Assembly (NCBI GenBank): GCA_951406725.2
Contig: OX597821.1
Location: forward strand, 19,220,001-19,284,000
DNA length: 64,000 nucleotides
Source: Octopus vulgaris
Lineage: Eukaryota
Direction: 5' to 3'
Shown: positions 49,286-63,843 of the stretch, in pieces
How positions within the stretch are numbered: position 1 is the first letter of the stretch
Layout: every line of letters starts with the position of its first letter
The notes under the pieces: generated by a model
The model's database searches: none
Seen by the model: only the letters and a program-made list of their open reading frames with translations
What the model was told of the DNA's origin: nothing
Translations under genes and position numbers: made by a program

Positions 49286-49330
49286 TTACTTTTGACAATC
49301 TTTTACCAAAGAGTGAAACCGGTTAAGTAA
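49286..49330 (+). ncRNA. Minimal hammerhead with U3:A8 core
   Basis: TTACTT-TTGACAA-TCTTT tacc AAAGA-gt-GAAA-CCGG-TT-AAGTAA. Confidence 0.65.
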
Positions 49331-49630
49331 ATAAACATCTTTTACATTGCATTTTCAAACCTTCTTTCGTATATATATGTACACGAGGGAAATTGATAGA
49401 GAGAGAAAACAAGAGAACATGGAACTGAGAGGGTGACTTCTACATTTATGCTCGAATGTGTATGTACAGATGTGCAGTTGTCCGTGTGTGCGTGCATCTC
49501 CTTATGTCAATGCATGCGTTGTAGTCGTCAATTTGTTTTGAGCGCTATATTCTTTTATCACACCTAATTACCATGCCTATGTATATGTCTATCCATCCGT
49601 CTGTGTTTCTCACAGTGTGGTTATCTCTCA

Positions 49631-49691
<61 letters not shown>

Positions 49692-49810
49692 CATATAAAG
49701 ATTTATACACATAAATATATACGTACATATACGTATATACATATATTTATGTATATATATATATATAAATCATAAATAATAAATCATATATATATATATA
49801 TATATATATT

Positions 49811-49849
<39 letters not shown>

Positions 49850-49981
49850 TTGTGTATGTATATATATATATATATATGTATTTGTATATATATATATATA
49901 TGATTATATGTATATATGTATTTATATATATATATATGATTATATTATTATCCCTCCTCTCTCTATCTATCTATCCATCTA

Positions 49982-50039
<58 letters not shown>

Positions 50040-50052
50040 AAAATTATTTCTG

Positions 50053-50113
50053 TTGCCATTTGATGAACAGACCATAAAATATAATTTCTCTTTTATGGAA
50101 CCGGTCATGGCAA
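50053..50113 (+). ncRNA. Degenerate minimal hammerhead adjacent to (TA)n
   Basis: TTGCCAT-TTGATGA-..CATAAAA..TTTTATG-GAA-CCGG-TC-ATGGCAA; 7-bp stem I; probable deletion before GAAA. Confidence 0.55.
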
Positions 50114-50444
50114 TGATGGAGTGAGTGGAAGTTTTCAATGGTGATATGAATTGAATAAACGATCAATTTAACAACATACCTAATTTAGAAGACCAACTAG
50201 ACATGCAGTTTTATTATCTATAAATTAGTGAGTGCCCCTCTGGGTTACTGGAACTCTATGATGGGTTGGTGTGAGGGATGTTGTGTTTTGACATGTCATT
50301 TGAGAATTAGGTGTATTTATCAGTGGTCTAATAGTTTCTTGAATGTTGCAATTTGGCACAAGGCGTATAGAAGTGCTTGAGAAACGTGTATGACTTGGTA
50401 GTGTTGGCCATGCTCTCGTTAATTATTTCAGATGACTATCTATT

Positions 50445-50645
50445 GGTTTCATATTTTGGAACGAGGCCAGAAATTTCGGGTGCGGGTAAATTGATTATAT
50501 TGATCCCAGTGCTGAAATGGAATATATTTTATCATCTTCGAAAGGAGGAAATGCAAAGTCGACCTCGGCAGAACTTGTACTTGAAAGACAGATGAAATGC
50601 CGCTATGCATTTTGCTTGGCATGCTCACGATTCTGCCAGCTCATC
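50445..50645 (-). mobile_element. Diverged SINE S1
   Basis: GCAAAGTCGACCTCGGCAGAA..CGATTCTGCCAGCTC matches S1 reverse complement. Confidence 0.75.
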
Positions 50646-51439
50646 ATCTCAGAAAACAATATATTATCTTATACTATATTCGTTTATACTTCATGAAGCG
50701 GACCATATAGGAAATGACGACTGGAGAAAGAGTGAGAGAGTGACCTGTACTTGGGTGAGCTAGCTAAACAGGGACAACGCAAAAGGAAGTATGAATCATT
50801 ATTCAAGCACACAGCCTCCTAACCGACACTGGAACCGAACATAGATGCTTACAATTGCGAGCCCCAAACTCTAGGCACTGCCACATATATTTATGTATCT
50901 ACTCCACCTTTCAGTACAGAACGGCTGTGTGACCTGCATTTCGCAAGACACGAGTTGAATGGTCGGCATCAAGAAGAATATCCGGTCGTAATTCCCTACC
51001 TTAAAAAGCCACGTCCAGCATATGATATCTTGGAAAAACACGTAAAAATGAATTTGATGGTAATACAAGGTGCATCCATTAGTGTGTCATTAAGAAGTGC
51101 GATTTCTAACGGTTGAGATCTTCTCCCAAACCCTCTTCTCTATGACATTTACATATCAGAAGAGAAACAAAAAAGAAAGAAAATACTGATGTTTTAGTGA
51201 CAACTGCAAAGTCACTACAGTTGTTATGATCCCCGATTGGAAGTGACGATCTTGGTGAGAGGAAAGTAGAAGATATTCAAGTGGTAAGTATGTATATGCA
51301 CGTATTGAGTGAGGGAAATAACAGTAGCGCAGTTATAACAAAATGAATGACTTACTTATAATTTTCAATTTTTAGGGCAGCTGCGAAGAAAAATGTCGAT
51401 ATTCATTCAGTTTGACCATGAATTCTTCAACACTACCAG

Positions 51440-51473
<34 letters not shown>

Positions 51474-51706
51474 ACTGCTACTACTACTACTACTACTACT
51501 ACTACAACAACAACAACAACAACTACTACTGCTGCTGCTGCTGCTACTACTGCTACTACTGCTGCTGCTGCTGCTACGACTACTACTACTACCACTACCG
51601 CTGCTGCTGCTGCTGCTACTACTACTACTACTACAATCGTCTAAACAATTCTGCCAGTTCGCCTTTTAATAATAATAATAATGATAACAACAACAACAAC
51701 AACAAC

Positions 51707-51773
<67 letters not shown>

Positions 51774-51790
51774 TAATAATAATAATAATA

Positions 51791-52331
51791 GATGCAGTAC
51801 CAGGCAGTGGCTCTCATGGCTTCTGATTGGAAGTTTTCTCATGTACATTCTTTTGTCTTGGTATAAAAGATGGGCTACAGCAAATATTCTGCTCAATACC
51901 ACAGATTTGCTCGTCAGTTGTTTGACCTTAACCAGTTGAGCATGTCCCTTAGTGGCTGACGATATGTGCATCTCTGATCACGAGCAGAAGTAGTGGGGGA
52001 GCATCATAGCCATGTGTTGAGAGGGATTCTTTGGGGTATGAATAATTCACCACTGGAAACATGGGTGTTTCGTTCAACATCCTTAAACAACCCTTATTCA
52101 GGGGCCGTTTTGAGCGGGATGGGCGACTCGACCAGAAGAAAATTCTAACTGGGCTCCCACCTGCAAGGTTATGTGCTGTTTATCTTGATACGAGATCACC
52201 ATGTCGCGTACATATGGTTGTGATGCATGTGCCTAATATACCCTTATCAGACGGGTAGTCATGATGGGTATACTGGGCTTCGTATATTTTACCCCAGCGT
52301 CACTTTGATGGCATGCACTGCTCGCTCACTC
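51791..52331 (+). mobile_element. About 540-bp non-coding interspersed repeat (S4) bounded by (AAT)n
   Basis: Second copy at about 57010-57534 and a fragment at 52480-52600; both long copies end CACTC-AATAAT. Confidence 0.8.
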
Positions 52332-53576
52332 AATAATAATAAGAATATTGACCTGCGCTTACCTACTTAATTTGTTTTTATCGTGCACTTAATTGTGTTG
52401 TTGCAATAAAAGATGTGTTTACATATTCGGGTAGTAAGGGAGGAAAGAGAGGTAAACGTTTCACACAAAATTGTAGATATTAATACCACACATTTGCTTG
52501 TCTGTCGCTTGACCTTTACCAGTTGAGCATGTTCCTTAGTGGCTGACGATATGAGCTTCACTGATCACCAATAAGAGCAGTGGGGTGAATCATGTGTTGA
52601 GATGGCTGCTCCTGGAAACTCCACAAAAACACTGTCACCTGACCATTAAAGAAAGCGCCCTTACCTCATACTCCTCAATCAACTGATTTGCTAGAGGGTA
52701 GCACTTTCGTTTCCGTTTCGTCTAGAAGCGAAATTGAAAAAAAATTGGGGAGGGTTTGACCAAACTTTAAATCTTGTGTCTTTAATCCTTTCAATTTGAT
52801 TCACCATGCAACCTCTTTTGCTTATGGTCATCAGTTAGATAAACACTGTCGCTACTTCCCTGCCATAATGAAGGCGGAAGTGTGATCTTCAAAATAGGCT
52901 CAGCCGATAACGGAATCCATCATACACACGATAACAGGTGTTTAGCATAACTCCATAGCTCTTGCAGTGGAGGAGTACGTACTGAGAAGATCCATCGATC
53001 TGTGCGAATCTTAGGCTGTGGGGGATGACGGAATGACGGTGTTCATGCGCTGGTACTGTTTATCTCGAACCGGCAATAATCCCCGTAGCACTGTTACGCC
53101 AAAGATTTCTGTAAATTACCCTTGCTCCTTACCCCAACCAGCCCGATAATGCTCGGGAACAAACCAGCCTGTTTTCGTGGACGCTCAGAGTCTCTCTGTA
53201 AATGCTGTTCGTGCACGCTACTAATACTGTGTAGAACCACGAAGTTGACTTTCGCTCAGTGTTGCTCGACTGCCTAAAGTCTGTGATCGCCTGTCAACGA
53301 ATTTGGAGCCAGGAACAACTGCTTTGACTCTTGATCCATGACTACAGTTCATCAAAGAATCAACTGTGGAAGAGTTAGTTTTACAAACTGACCACACCTA
53401 CTCATCGTGAAGTAAAAGCTGGAAATATTGAACGCACGGCGTATGTCCGCTCATCATCATCAACCGCATGTCCAGTTTCTACACGCAACTAATTTTGAAA
53501 ACGCTCACGCACAACCATCCATCCATCTATCTATCTATCTATCTATCCATCTATCTATCTATCTATCTATCCATCC

Positions 53577-53651
<75 letters not shown>

Positions 53652-53758
53652 GGTCTGTCTGTATGTCTGCTGATTTATGTATTAGCTTTATATAGAATCT
53701 TGTTATATTCATTATCGCAGGATGCCTGTAAAATTCTAATATGTCGTTCTCTAGTTAC

Positions 53759-53805
<47 letters not shown>

Positions 53806-54272
53806 AACACATGCATATATGTGTATGAAATACATACATTTACACATACACACACACACATTAGCTCACTAAACGTATTGACAAACTCTGATCCATATAT
53901 AAATATATAAATATATAGTTATATGTGTTTGTGTGTGTTTATGTGTTTGCTAATCCGAAAGGGGTAATTCTTGCTCATTTAAACCATTAGAATCGTTGAT
54001 ACAGTTGTTAGGAACAACATGGCAATTCTAGTTGCAATCCACAGGCTATAATTATATGCAATTGTACAAATTGAAAGCGTACCCTCTGAGGTACTTGACA
54101 TCAAACAAACAGATATTCTCCTAAGATCAGAGGCTCCATAATTAGGAATAAGAAACTGAGATATTTCACGTCAGGTTTTTCATATACGTTTATTGTTTCT
54201 CATTAAATCTGTGGTAAGTATCCCTAGAATACCATTCATTGTAGTAAATAGTTTATTTATACAAACACACAC

Positions 54273-54335
<63 letters not shown>

Positions 54336-54774
54336 ACACTCATAGATGCGTTTAAATACTTGCTTAGTGTGCATCTGTGTGCACATGTGTGCATCTGTGT
54401 GCACATGTGTGCATCTGTGTGTGAAAGTATATTATAGCAAGCAAGAATAATAGTGTTGCTTGTAAATAAATTATTCCTAGTATATGTATTAGTGTTTGAA
54501 GTTAACTAGGTGGAACGCGTTGATTCATGTGTTTGAACGTATAAATGTATGGGAGCTGTGTGTAAGTGTACGTGTGTTTGAAGATACAATTATTGCTGAG
54601 ACCAAAGAACAAATTCCCAGCATGAACTGCTGCAAGGTTGGAGTAGAGATTGATGCACCTAGCTTTGTGTAATGGCTGAATGCAGACGAGTTAGAACGTG
54701 CGCTAGCTACAGTGTGAGGCCAAATAATACGGACATTCCGTAATAGTTTCAATACTACGCTAGAAAGACCGGTA

Positions 54775-54846
54775 CGGGCATTTGGCTTAGAGGTTAAGTG
54801 CGCGGGCTACCAACCCCAAGATTCCGAGTTTGATCCCTGTCAGTGA

Positions 54847-54930
<84 letters not shown>

Positions 54931-55125
54931 TAACAACAACAACAATATCGTAAAATACCTTAGGAATGAGAACCCAAGTTCGAAATTTCCCTAAGATACC
55001 TGATGAAGGCTGGAGGTTATATCAGCCGAAACGTTGTTTTAACAACAAACAAGACGAGGACAAATATCAGTCAAATTTAGATAATGTAAATAATGTACAT
55101 AATTCCTTATCTCTTAAATATAGAA
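54775..55125 (+). mobile_element. tRNA-headed SINE-like element with internal (AAT)n and a hammerhead ribozyme
   Basis: A-box TGGCTTAGAGG, B-box-like GAGTTTGATCC; CTGATGA-A-GGCTG..CAGCC-GAAA-CG-TT at 55000-55035. Confidence 0.7.
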
Positions 55126-55560
55126 GGACTGGAATATGTTAAACTCTTTATAGTGAAAACTCGATAGTTAAAGAAGACTACCTTGCAGTATATTCCAAAC
55201 CGGTTGCTTTCTGTTTCCAGACCACAATCAGTACAATTACCGAAATGTTGATGAGGCACTTCGTGATTACGAACCCTGTAACTCGATCGTCGGAACCAGC
55301 GTCTGCATCTGACTAATTTGTGTTAAATATTCGGTCCAAGAACAAACGTTCGTTTAAAAAATGGTAGGTAAAAAAATAAGAACGTCCTCAATATAGGGCA
55401 GTCAACCCCAATGAAAATGCATGTAGAAAACGACTTCAGAGAAGTTCGCACTAACATGACAGGATAACAGAGTGGATACATATATCAAAATATCTTTCAA
55501 ATTCCTAGACGAAATATATTCGGAAGCGAATTTTATTATTATCATTCTTATTGTTATTGA

Positions 55561-55730
55561 AGGTAGTGAGCTGGTAGAATCATTTGCACGTCGCACAAAC
55601 TGTATTTCGTCCGTTTTTATATGCTGAGTTCAAATTCCGCTGTCGTGGAAATCAGTACCAGTTGAGTATTGATATCGATGTAGTCCATCTTCATAAAAGT
55701 CAGTCATTGGGCCAATAGAAGAAAGGATTT
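55561..55730 (+). mobile_element. Decayed SINE S1 tail A
   Basis: GGTAGTGAGCTGGTAGAATC..CTGAGTTCAAATTCCGC..AGAAGAAAGGATT; ATT-rich flank. Confidence 0.7.
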
Positions 55731-56065
55731 TTTATTTACGCTGCTGTTTAAGGTCGGAATCATTCTTTTATATTATTTTATAATTCTCTCATGTCTAATT
55801 ATCTTTTAAATGTATGTATAGTAGAATGTTCTCACACTTCAGCTTATGATTATATTGCTGTGTCCAACCCCAGACGTATTGTAAACCCAATGTTTTGTAA
55901 CGATGATTGTATTTTATTAGATTTCATTGACGAATTACGGCGTTACAGAATCAACCTAGCTTTGGAATAGAAGATTGAAAACTAATTGATTCTCTTGTGT
56001 CTAAATCAGAAATTATCAAAACTAGTAAAATCGTTAGAGTCTTATCAGTTGAAGCCAGGATTATG

Positions 56066-56105
<40 letters not shown>

Positions 56106-56167
56106 TGATGATGATGATGATGATAATAATAATAACAATAATAACAATAATAATAATAATAATAATA

Positions 56168-56211
<44 letters not shown>

Positions 56212-56226
56212 AATAACAATAATAAC

Positions 56227-56270
<44 letters not shown>

Positions 56271-56311
56271 CAACTACAAAAACAACAACAACAACAACAA
56301 CAACAACAATA

Positions 56312-56670
56312 ATAATGAGCACTCAGAGAACACAAACCTCCACAAAGGCAGCACCAGCGTCCTCTCAACGATGAGCCAGAGATGATTTTTAAAATGAGAA
56401 TTTCTGAAATAAACTCGACTACTCTCACAAACGATTATACTAAAATTGAACCCGACCGCTCTCAAAAATTAAGTAAAAAAAAAACAGAAAAAATTATCCA
56501 GAATTCTTGATCCCAAAATCTAATCCGTTCGTGCCAGTCACGAGGCCAAACATCCCTGAAAGTTTCATCCGATTCCATCCAGCGGTTCTTGAGATACCTT
56601 GTCCACGGACAAATGCGCAAACAAACACGACTGAAAACAATACCTCCGCCTTCACTAAGGCGGAGGGAAT
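56312..56670 (-). mobile_element. Helentron-type non-autonomous element (HINE/DINE-1-like)
   Basis: Hairpin CCTCCGCCTT-cact-AAGGCGGAGG (56643-56666); related subterminal CCTCCACAAAGG (56337-56348) next to GCACTCAGAGAACAC; AAGTTTCATCCGATTCC motif. Confidence 0.65.
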
Positions 56671-57009
56671 AATAGTGTGAATAAATGTACTACTGAACTC
56701 ACATCGGGGAGACATAATTTAAGTTTTGTCAGTATCAAAAGTGGAATAGCATTTTTGCATTTTGTATGATAGTTCTAAGTTTGGTTTTCAAAAACGTCAA
56801 AAGGGGAGCAGGTCCCCAAACTGCTCTATTGGAAAAACACTAGGATTTTGTAATTGGTGATTGGGTATTGAACGTCATACACGATAAGTTTACATCCAAA
56901 TACCAAAGCTTATAACTTGCTGAAAGAACCACTGTGAGACCTCCGAGAAGAGGTTGCTGTTCGCTCTTACAGAATCAACCAGAGCAAGTAAGATCGAAAG
57001 CTATTCATA

Positions 57010-57534
57010 TAATGCCAGCCGCTGGCTCACATGGATCTGATCTTAACTGATTGGAACAGTTGTCTTGGTGTAAAAGATAGACTACGTCAAATATTCTGTT
57101 CATTGCCACAGATTTGCTTGTCAGTTGCTTGGCCTTAACCAGTTGAGCATATCCCTTAGTGGCTGATGACATGTGCAACTCTGATCATGAGCAGAAGACG
57201 TGGGGGAGCATCATAGCCATGAGTTGAGAGGAATTCTGTGGAATTTCAATAATTCACTTCTGGAAACACGGGTGTTTCGTTCATCATCCATAAACAAACT
57301 TTATTCAGGGACCTTTTGAGGGGGATGGGGCTATTCGACATGAAGAAAATTCTAAATGTGCCACACCTGCAAAGTCATTCGCTGTCTTGATATGAAATCA
57401 TAATGCCGCGCACCTATGGTTGTAATGCATGTGTCTGTTGTACCCTTACCAGGCAGGTAGTCATGATGTGTATATTGAGCTTCCTAAATTTGTATCCCAG
57501 TGTCACATTGATGGCATGCGCTGGTCTTTCACTC
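57010..57534 (+). mobile_element. Second copy of repeat S4
   Basis: Colinear with 51791-52331; ends CACTC-AATAATAAC. Confidence 0.8.
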
Positions 57535-57794
57535 AATAATAACAATGATGTTAACGATGATACTTTGATACTGCAAAAACAAATAACGATACGAATGTAA
57601 AGTATAGTATTGGCAAGTACAATGACGATTGTAAATAAAGATGATAGTAGTTATAACAAAAGCAATATATATATATGCAAACCACCGCCGTATGCGACGA
57701 TTCTCAGACGCACAGACTCCTCGTCTGAAATGTAAATTTCTACATGGACAGCAATATCTGCTGTGGTTGTTGAAAGCTAATATCATGCTATATC

Positions 57795-58085
57795 ACCGTG
57801 ATCACCGTGACCAATCAGGCTATCAGATGTTGCTACACATGGCTGGTCACAATGCGTTTCGCATTGTTTTAGCCTTCAAATGACGCCACCCCGTTGGCTA
57901 AGCGAGCAGGGCAACAGAAGAAAGAGGGAAAGAAAGTTGTGGCGAAAGAGTACAGCTGGGATCACCACCATCCCTGCCGGAGCCTCGTGAAGCTTTAGGT
58001 GTTTTCGCTCAATAAACACTCACAACGCCCGGTCTGGGAATCGAAACCGCGATCCTACGACCGCGAGTCCGCTGCCCAAACCACT
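57795..58085 (-). mobile_element. SINE S3 tail 1
   Basis: Reverse complement of 33800-34070. Confidence 0.88.
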
Positions 58086-58096
58086 GTTGTATCATG

Positions 58097-58193
<97 letters not shown>

Positions 58194-58556
58194 GATAGCT
58201 ATACTTCACCTCCATAAACTGACTGACCGATATTTAACCAATTATTCCTGTAGCACACCGAATGATTTCTCATCAAAATGAAAAAGAACGACCTATTAAA
58301 TAGCAATAGCTTATTATGTATTGTTTTCATATTGACAGGATGGAAGTTGTACTCAGATGGGTCATTACTTAACGTCAATTGTCTGTTGTATATGTCATGC
58401 ATTTTTAATAAGATTTGTTTGTCTGTCTGTTGTGAATGTATACATGCACAAATACATGTATGTATGTATGTATGTATGTATGTATGTATGTATGTATGTA
58501 TGTATGTATGTATCTATCTATGTATATATATATGTGTGTGTATGTATATAAATACA

Positions 58557-58983
<427 letters not shown>

Positions 58984-59178
58984 TTACTTAAATTTTCCTC
59001 GAATGGGGCTTTTACATACCGAAATCTACTTGGTGTAATTGATAATTATCTCTAATTAATTAATTTCACCCTTTTATTATTACTGATAACTATATATATG
59101 TATATATATATATGTATATATATATATGTATGTATGTATGTATATATGTATATATATATATATATGTATGTATGTATG

Positions 59179-59215
<37 letters not shown>

Positions 59216-59603
59216 GCATTGATGTAATGCTTATATGCATTTTTTCTCTCTCTCTCTCTCTCTCTATACATATATTTATATATATATGCATATGTATATT
59301 CATATAGATTATATATTATATTTTGATTAGTTAATGCCTTCTTGGTAAACATGACTAGTAATAGTAGGAGAATACCAAACATTTGTAAACAAACGAAGCA
59401 TGATATTAGTTTTCAACAACCACATCAGATATTTGATGTCCACGAAGAAATTTATGATTCAGCTGAGGAGTCTGTGCGTCTGAGAATCGTCGTATACGCT
59501 GTTGGTTTGCATTATGATATATTTGTGTAACGTTACATAAGTTGTATATGTGTGTCTCTGTATATGGCTCTTTTTATGCTTCTGTATGTATGTGTGCGTA
59601 TAT

Positions 59604-59971
59604 GGAGGCGCAATGGCCCAGTGGTTAGGGCAGCGGACTTGCGGTTTCGATTCCCAGACCGGGCGTTGTGACTGTTTATTGAGCGAAAACACCTAAAGCT
59701 CTACGAGGCTCCGGCAGGGGGTGGTGGTGATCCCTGCTGTACTCTTTCACCACAACTTTCTCTCACTCTTACTTCCTGTTTCTGTTGTACCTGTATTTCA
59801 AAGGGCCGGCTTTGTCACTCTCTGTGCCACGCTGAATATCCCCGAGAATTACGTTAAGGGTACACGTGTCTGTGGAATGCTCAGCCACTTACACGTTAAT
59901 TTCACGAGCAGGCTGTTCCGTTGGTTCGGATCAACCGGAACCCTCATCGTCGTAACCGACGGAGTGCTTCC
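59604..59971 (+). mobile_element. SINE S3 head with alternative tail 2
   Basis: Same head as 33788 up to CTCTTTCACCAC, then unrelated 3' half. Confidence 0.88.
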
Positions 59972-60257
59972 ATGTGCGTATATGCTCTGCTTGTGTTCTT
60001 TTGAGAGTATATCTGTGAAATGTATGTAAATTTAGATGCTAGTATGTATTTTTGGTAAATATGTTATTCTGAGTTATGTATCCGTTTGTCTACTATCTAT
60101 ATAAGGTTTCTAATATCTATTTACAGTTCTATCCATTTATCTATTTATCTATAGCTACATGGACGTATCTATGTTGGTGTCTAGATATATATATGCCTAT
60201 CACATCACCCACACAACTACCAAAATAATGATATGTAATAACATAATAATAGTAATA

Positions 60258-60623
60258 AAATTGAGGATAGTAATCCGGACATAGTCTTGATTGAGAAAGA
60301 AAGCAAACTATGCTGGATCATAGACATAGCATACCCAGCTGACAACAAGGTATGCCATAAGGAAGAAAGAAAAGTCGATAGATATAACAGGTTAGCTTGG
60401 GAAGTTAAGCAGTTGTGGTCGATGAAAAAGGTAGCAGTAGTACCAATAACTGTCGGAGCCCTGGGAACAGTGAGCAAAAATCTCGAGAAATAGGTGGAAC
60501 AAATAGGTGCTGCAATAAGGGTGGAGCACTTGCAGAAATACTCCGGAAGAGGTGTTACCTTAGTTCACTGGTAGTGAACAGCTGACACTGTAGTACATCT
60601 CCATCATTAGAAGCTGTGCAAAG
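60258..60623 (+). mobile_element. 3' fragment of another R4/Dong-like family
   Basis: PDIVLIEK..IIDIAYP..EERKVDRY..VVPITVGALG; followed by (AAC)n(AAT)n. Confidence 0.82.
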
Positions 60624-60643
60624 ACAACAACAACAACAACAGC

Positions 60644-60702
<59 letters not shown>

Positions 60703-62228
60703 GAAGAAGAAGAAGAAGAAAAAGAAAGAGGGGGAGGGAAATCAAATTATAATGGAAAAAGCTGCTTATTCGTATGTGACTTACTAAAACAAAGCAATAA
60801 TTAAATGCTAGGTTGTCTGGAAAATTTCAATAAATTCAAGTTATATTAAATTATTATCAAAATAAGTTATCGAAAATTCTTTTACTACTGAATATTTCAA
60901 GTACATTCTCAATCACAAATAATATTTAATGAGACATTTCAATAGACTTCAAGGTAGTTTCACGTCTGTTTATATTTCAGGAAATATAAAGGTTGCCCAA
61001 ATATTTGTATCCCTAACTGCAATAAGCTATATGTTTAATCCAGCCCCACTGAAATCATGTTGATTCCAATAAACTTTAAGAATTGTTGAGAGTTGTTGGA
61101 CAAATAGAAAACTGGCTTTAATTTACATCATTTGGTCGTAATTACAGAAGGGTATCCCTCCACCACACGAATTTGCTTCCTTATAACTTGCAGAAAAACC
61201 GGTATCTTCGACTGCCTTTTTCTTAGACTTTTTTTATATTACAGTTATAATGATATTGTAAAAAAAAAAATAAGAAGACTTTTGAAGATTTCCACCCTGT
61301 CTGAAGAATTCACTGAAAGAAGTCTTTCAAGAAAAAGCAATACAATGCTAAAACTAGTTATTAGTTTCATTTTTAAGCCAAGTCCATGTATTTTGGAGTC
61401 GAGGTTAAGTTGATTTCATCGACCTCAGCGCTCAACTGGTACATATTTATCAATCCCAAAAGGCATGAAAGGTAATATCACTCACAACATCTCTCCTATG
61501 TACTTAAGATGTAAGAATGCGTCTCAACAATCGTAGTATATCCTATTTTAAATCATTTAAGCAGCATTTCCACTGTATGATGGCATCATGTAGTGAATAA
61601 CTAGATAAGTCTTGCATAGTATTCTACAGGGTGTTTTGGAGAAATGCATCCATCCAACGGTCTCGTTACGGAGTGTTGAGCGCTGACCAGGTGTATATAC
61701 ACCTATTTGTCTACAGCGAGTCAAAATACAGTGAATGACTTTCTTTCGGGTTCGATATACCTCAAGCAGTATGTATTTATACACATCGTTGCTTAGCGCC
61801 TAATCTCCATATTTTATGAAAGACTAGCGTCTGAATAGCGCTACAATTCATTGAACAATGAGGAAAATATCATAGTAGGGACCTGTCTCTCGTGACTACT
61901 TCTCCGGTCACTGTTGCTGATGAGAAGATAACCACTCCGGAATGCATGCATCAACGCTCTGCTTAGGGAGCGCTGAGGTTGGAATCGATGTATTTACAAC
62001 TATTTGTCTCCAGCGAGAACATTTTTTCATGGCAAAATACAGCAAACTGTGTTGTTACGGGTTCGAAAATACCTCAAACATATTTAAACCAGTAACGGAT
62101 ATATATATTTCGTTTTTGTAAAATTACTTTACTGGTCATTTTTCGTTGATTGCATCCTCCAGATTCATCGATTTTTGGCAGTAAATATCTGAAAAACACA
62201 TATAATCCCACCAAACATGTTTTGGGGA

Positions 62229-62760
62229 TGCAGTTCAGCTTTCGATGTGGTTTGTGCTGGTTCTTTACACTTGGACCATGATCATTTTCGATTTATGTTA
62301 TTCTAGAAAATCCATTTTTCATCACCAGTAATCATTTGTTTCAAAACAAGATCGATTTCATTGCGCTTGAGATGCATATCGCAAATATTGATTCATTGTG
62401 TTAAGTGAATCACTTTCAATTTATGTGAAACCCAAATATCGAGCTTCTTCACGAGTCCAAGGCATTTTAAGTGATTTTCAATTGTTGTGTGTGATATATT
62501 TAACCTTTCCGCAATCTCTTGCACAGTTTATATGATAATCACATTCAGTTATGGCTGTGATTCGGTCATCATCAACTTTGATTGAAAAGTCTCCAGAATG
62601 GAAATTTTAAAACCATTTCAGACACGTTAGTTCTATTAAGCAACCAACACCATAAACTTATATCTATTCGTAAGCCACAGCAGCTTTTTTGCCTTTGTGT
62701 AAATAAAAAAGTGAAAATGTTCCTTTTTGTGCTCAATATTAAGATTGACACTCAGCTAAC
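62229..62760 (-). mobile_element. Decayed mariner transposase N-terminal half
   Basis: Manual translation FHSGDFS, VQEIAERLNISHTTIENHLKCLGLVKKLDIWVSHKL, MITGDEKWIF, PAQTTSKAELH. Confidence 0.85.
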
Positions 62761-63126
62761 AGCTATAGACAAAATTACGTGCAATTTGCTTCTAAAATAC
62801 GCTAAAAGTAACGGCTATCAAATGTCAAATGGAAAAATAATAACGTCGGCAAAGTATATATATAAAATAAAAATAATTATAAAATATATCAAGTACAGGA
62901 CATCACCAACGAGTGAAAAATACGTAGACACACGAGCGATAAGTACAGGACAAATTACCATACAATATACAATAAGAACAGGACATCACCAACGCGTATA
63001 AAATACGTAAACACATGATGAGAGACAAGTACGGGACAAAATACCGCATAAGTTTAACCCCTCCTCGGTTGTCGACTGTAATTACTCCTTATTTCGAGGT
63101 TTAATTAAATATATATAATATAAATA

Positions 63127-63157
<31 letters not shown>

Positions 63158-63194
63158 AATGCAGACACACACACACACACACACACACACGCAT

Positions 63195-63232
<38 letters not shown>

Positions 63233-63397
63233 TGAAGAGGCTTTATTAGGTAAATCTGTTCGATTTTTTAAATTTTACATGATCTGAGTTCAAACCGGTG
63301 AAAACCAGATTGATTTTATCTTTTAAATTGTTTTTTTTTTATTTGATTTACAAATATGCAGAATGTTGAAAAGTAACACACGAGTAAATATATATAT

Positions 63398-63583
63398 GGG
63401 AGAAAGTCAACGTTGAAATTACTAAAATAATTTTATGAAAACATTTCAGTGCCGGTTTCCGTCATTAAGTCTTTTTCAACTGTAAGTATGGAAAACAATT
63501 AAATTTCGGAAAAATTAAAGGAAAAGTTTTTTAAAAGAATACTTGTATACTATTCAATTACAAAAGGCATTTTCCTTGTCTCT

Positions 63584-63614
<31 letters not shown>

Positions 63615-63724
63615 CTTAATTGTTTACCATACTTACAGTTGAAAAAATCTCAATGGCCGAAAGCGGTACTGAAATGACCCCCCCTATAAAATTATTTTAG
63701 CATTTTCTACCTTGACATTTTCCC
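63398..63724. mobile_element. Inverted Penelope-like termini with a U3:A8 hammerhead-like motif
   Basis: 63398-63502 is nearly the reverse complement of 63616-63724; CAG-TTGAAAA..GAAA-(C/G)CGG-TA-CTG at 63636-63671. Confidence 0.65.
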
Positions 63725-63759
63725 GTATATATATATATATATATATGTATGTATATATG

Positions 63760-63843
<84 letters not shown>

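Noticed and set aside
50830-53420. Higher-complexity stretches (50830-51230, 52700-53420) as host exons
   Set aside because: No convincing ORF or splice pair; more likely ancient TE debris
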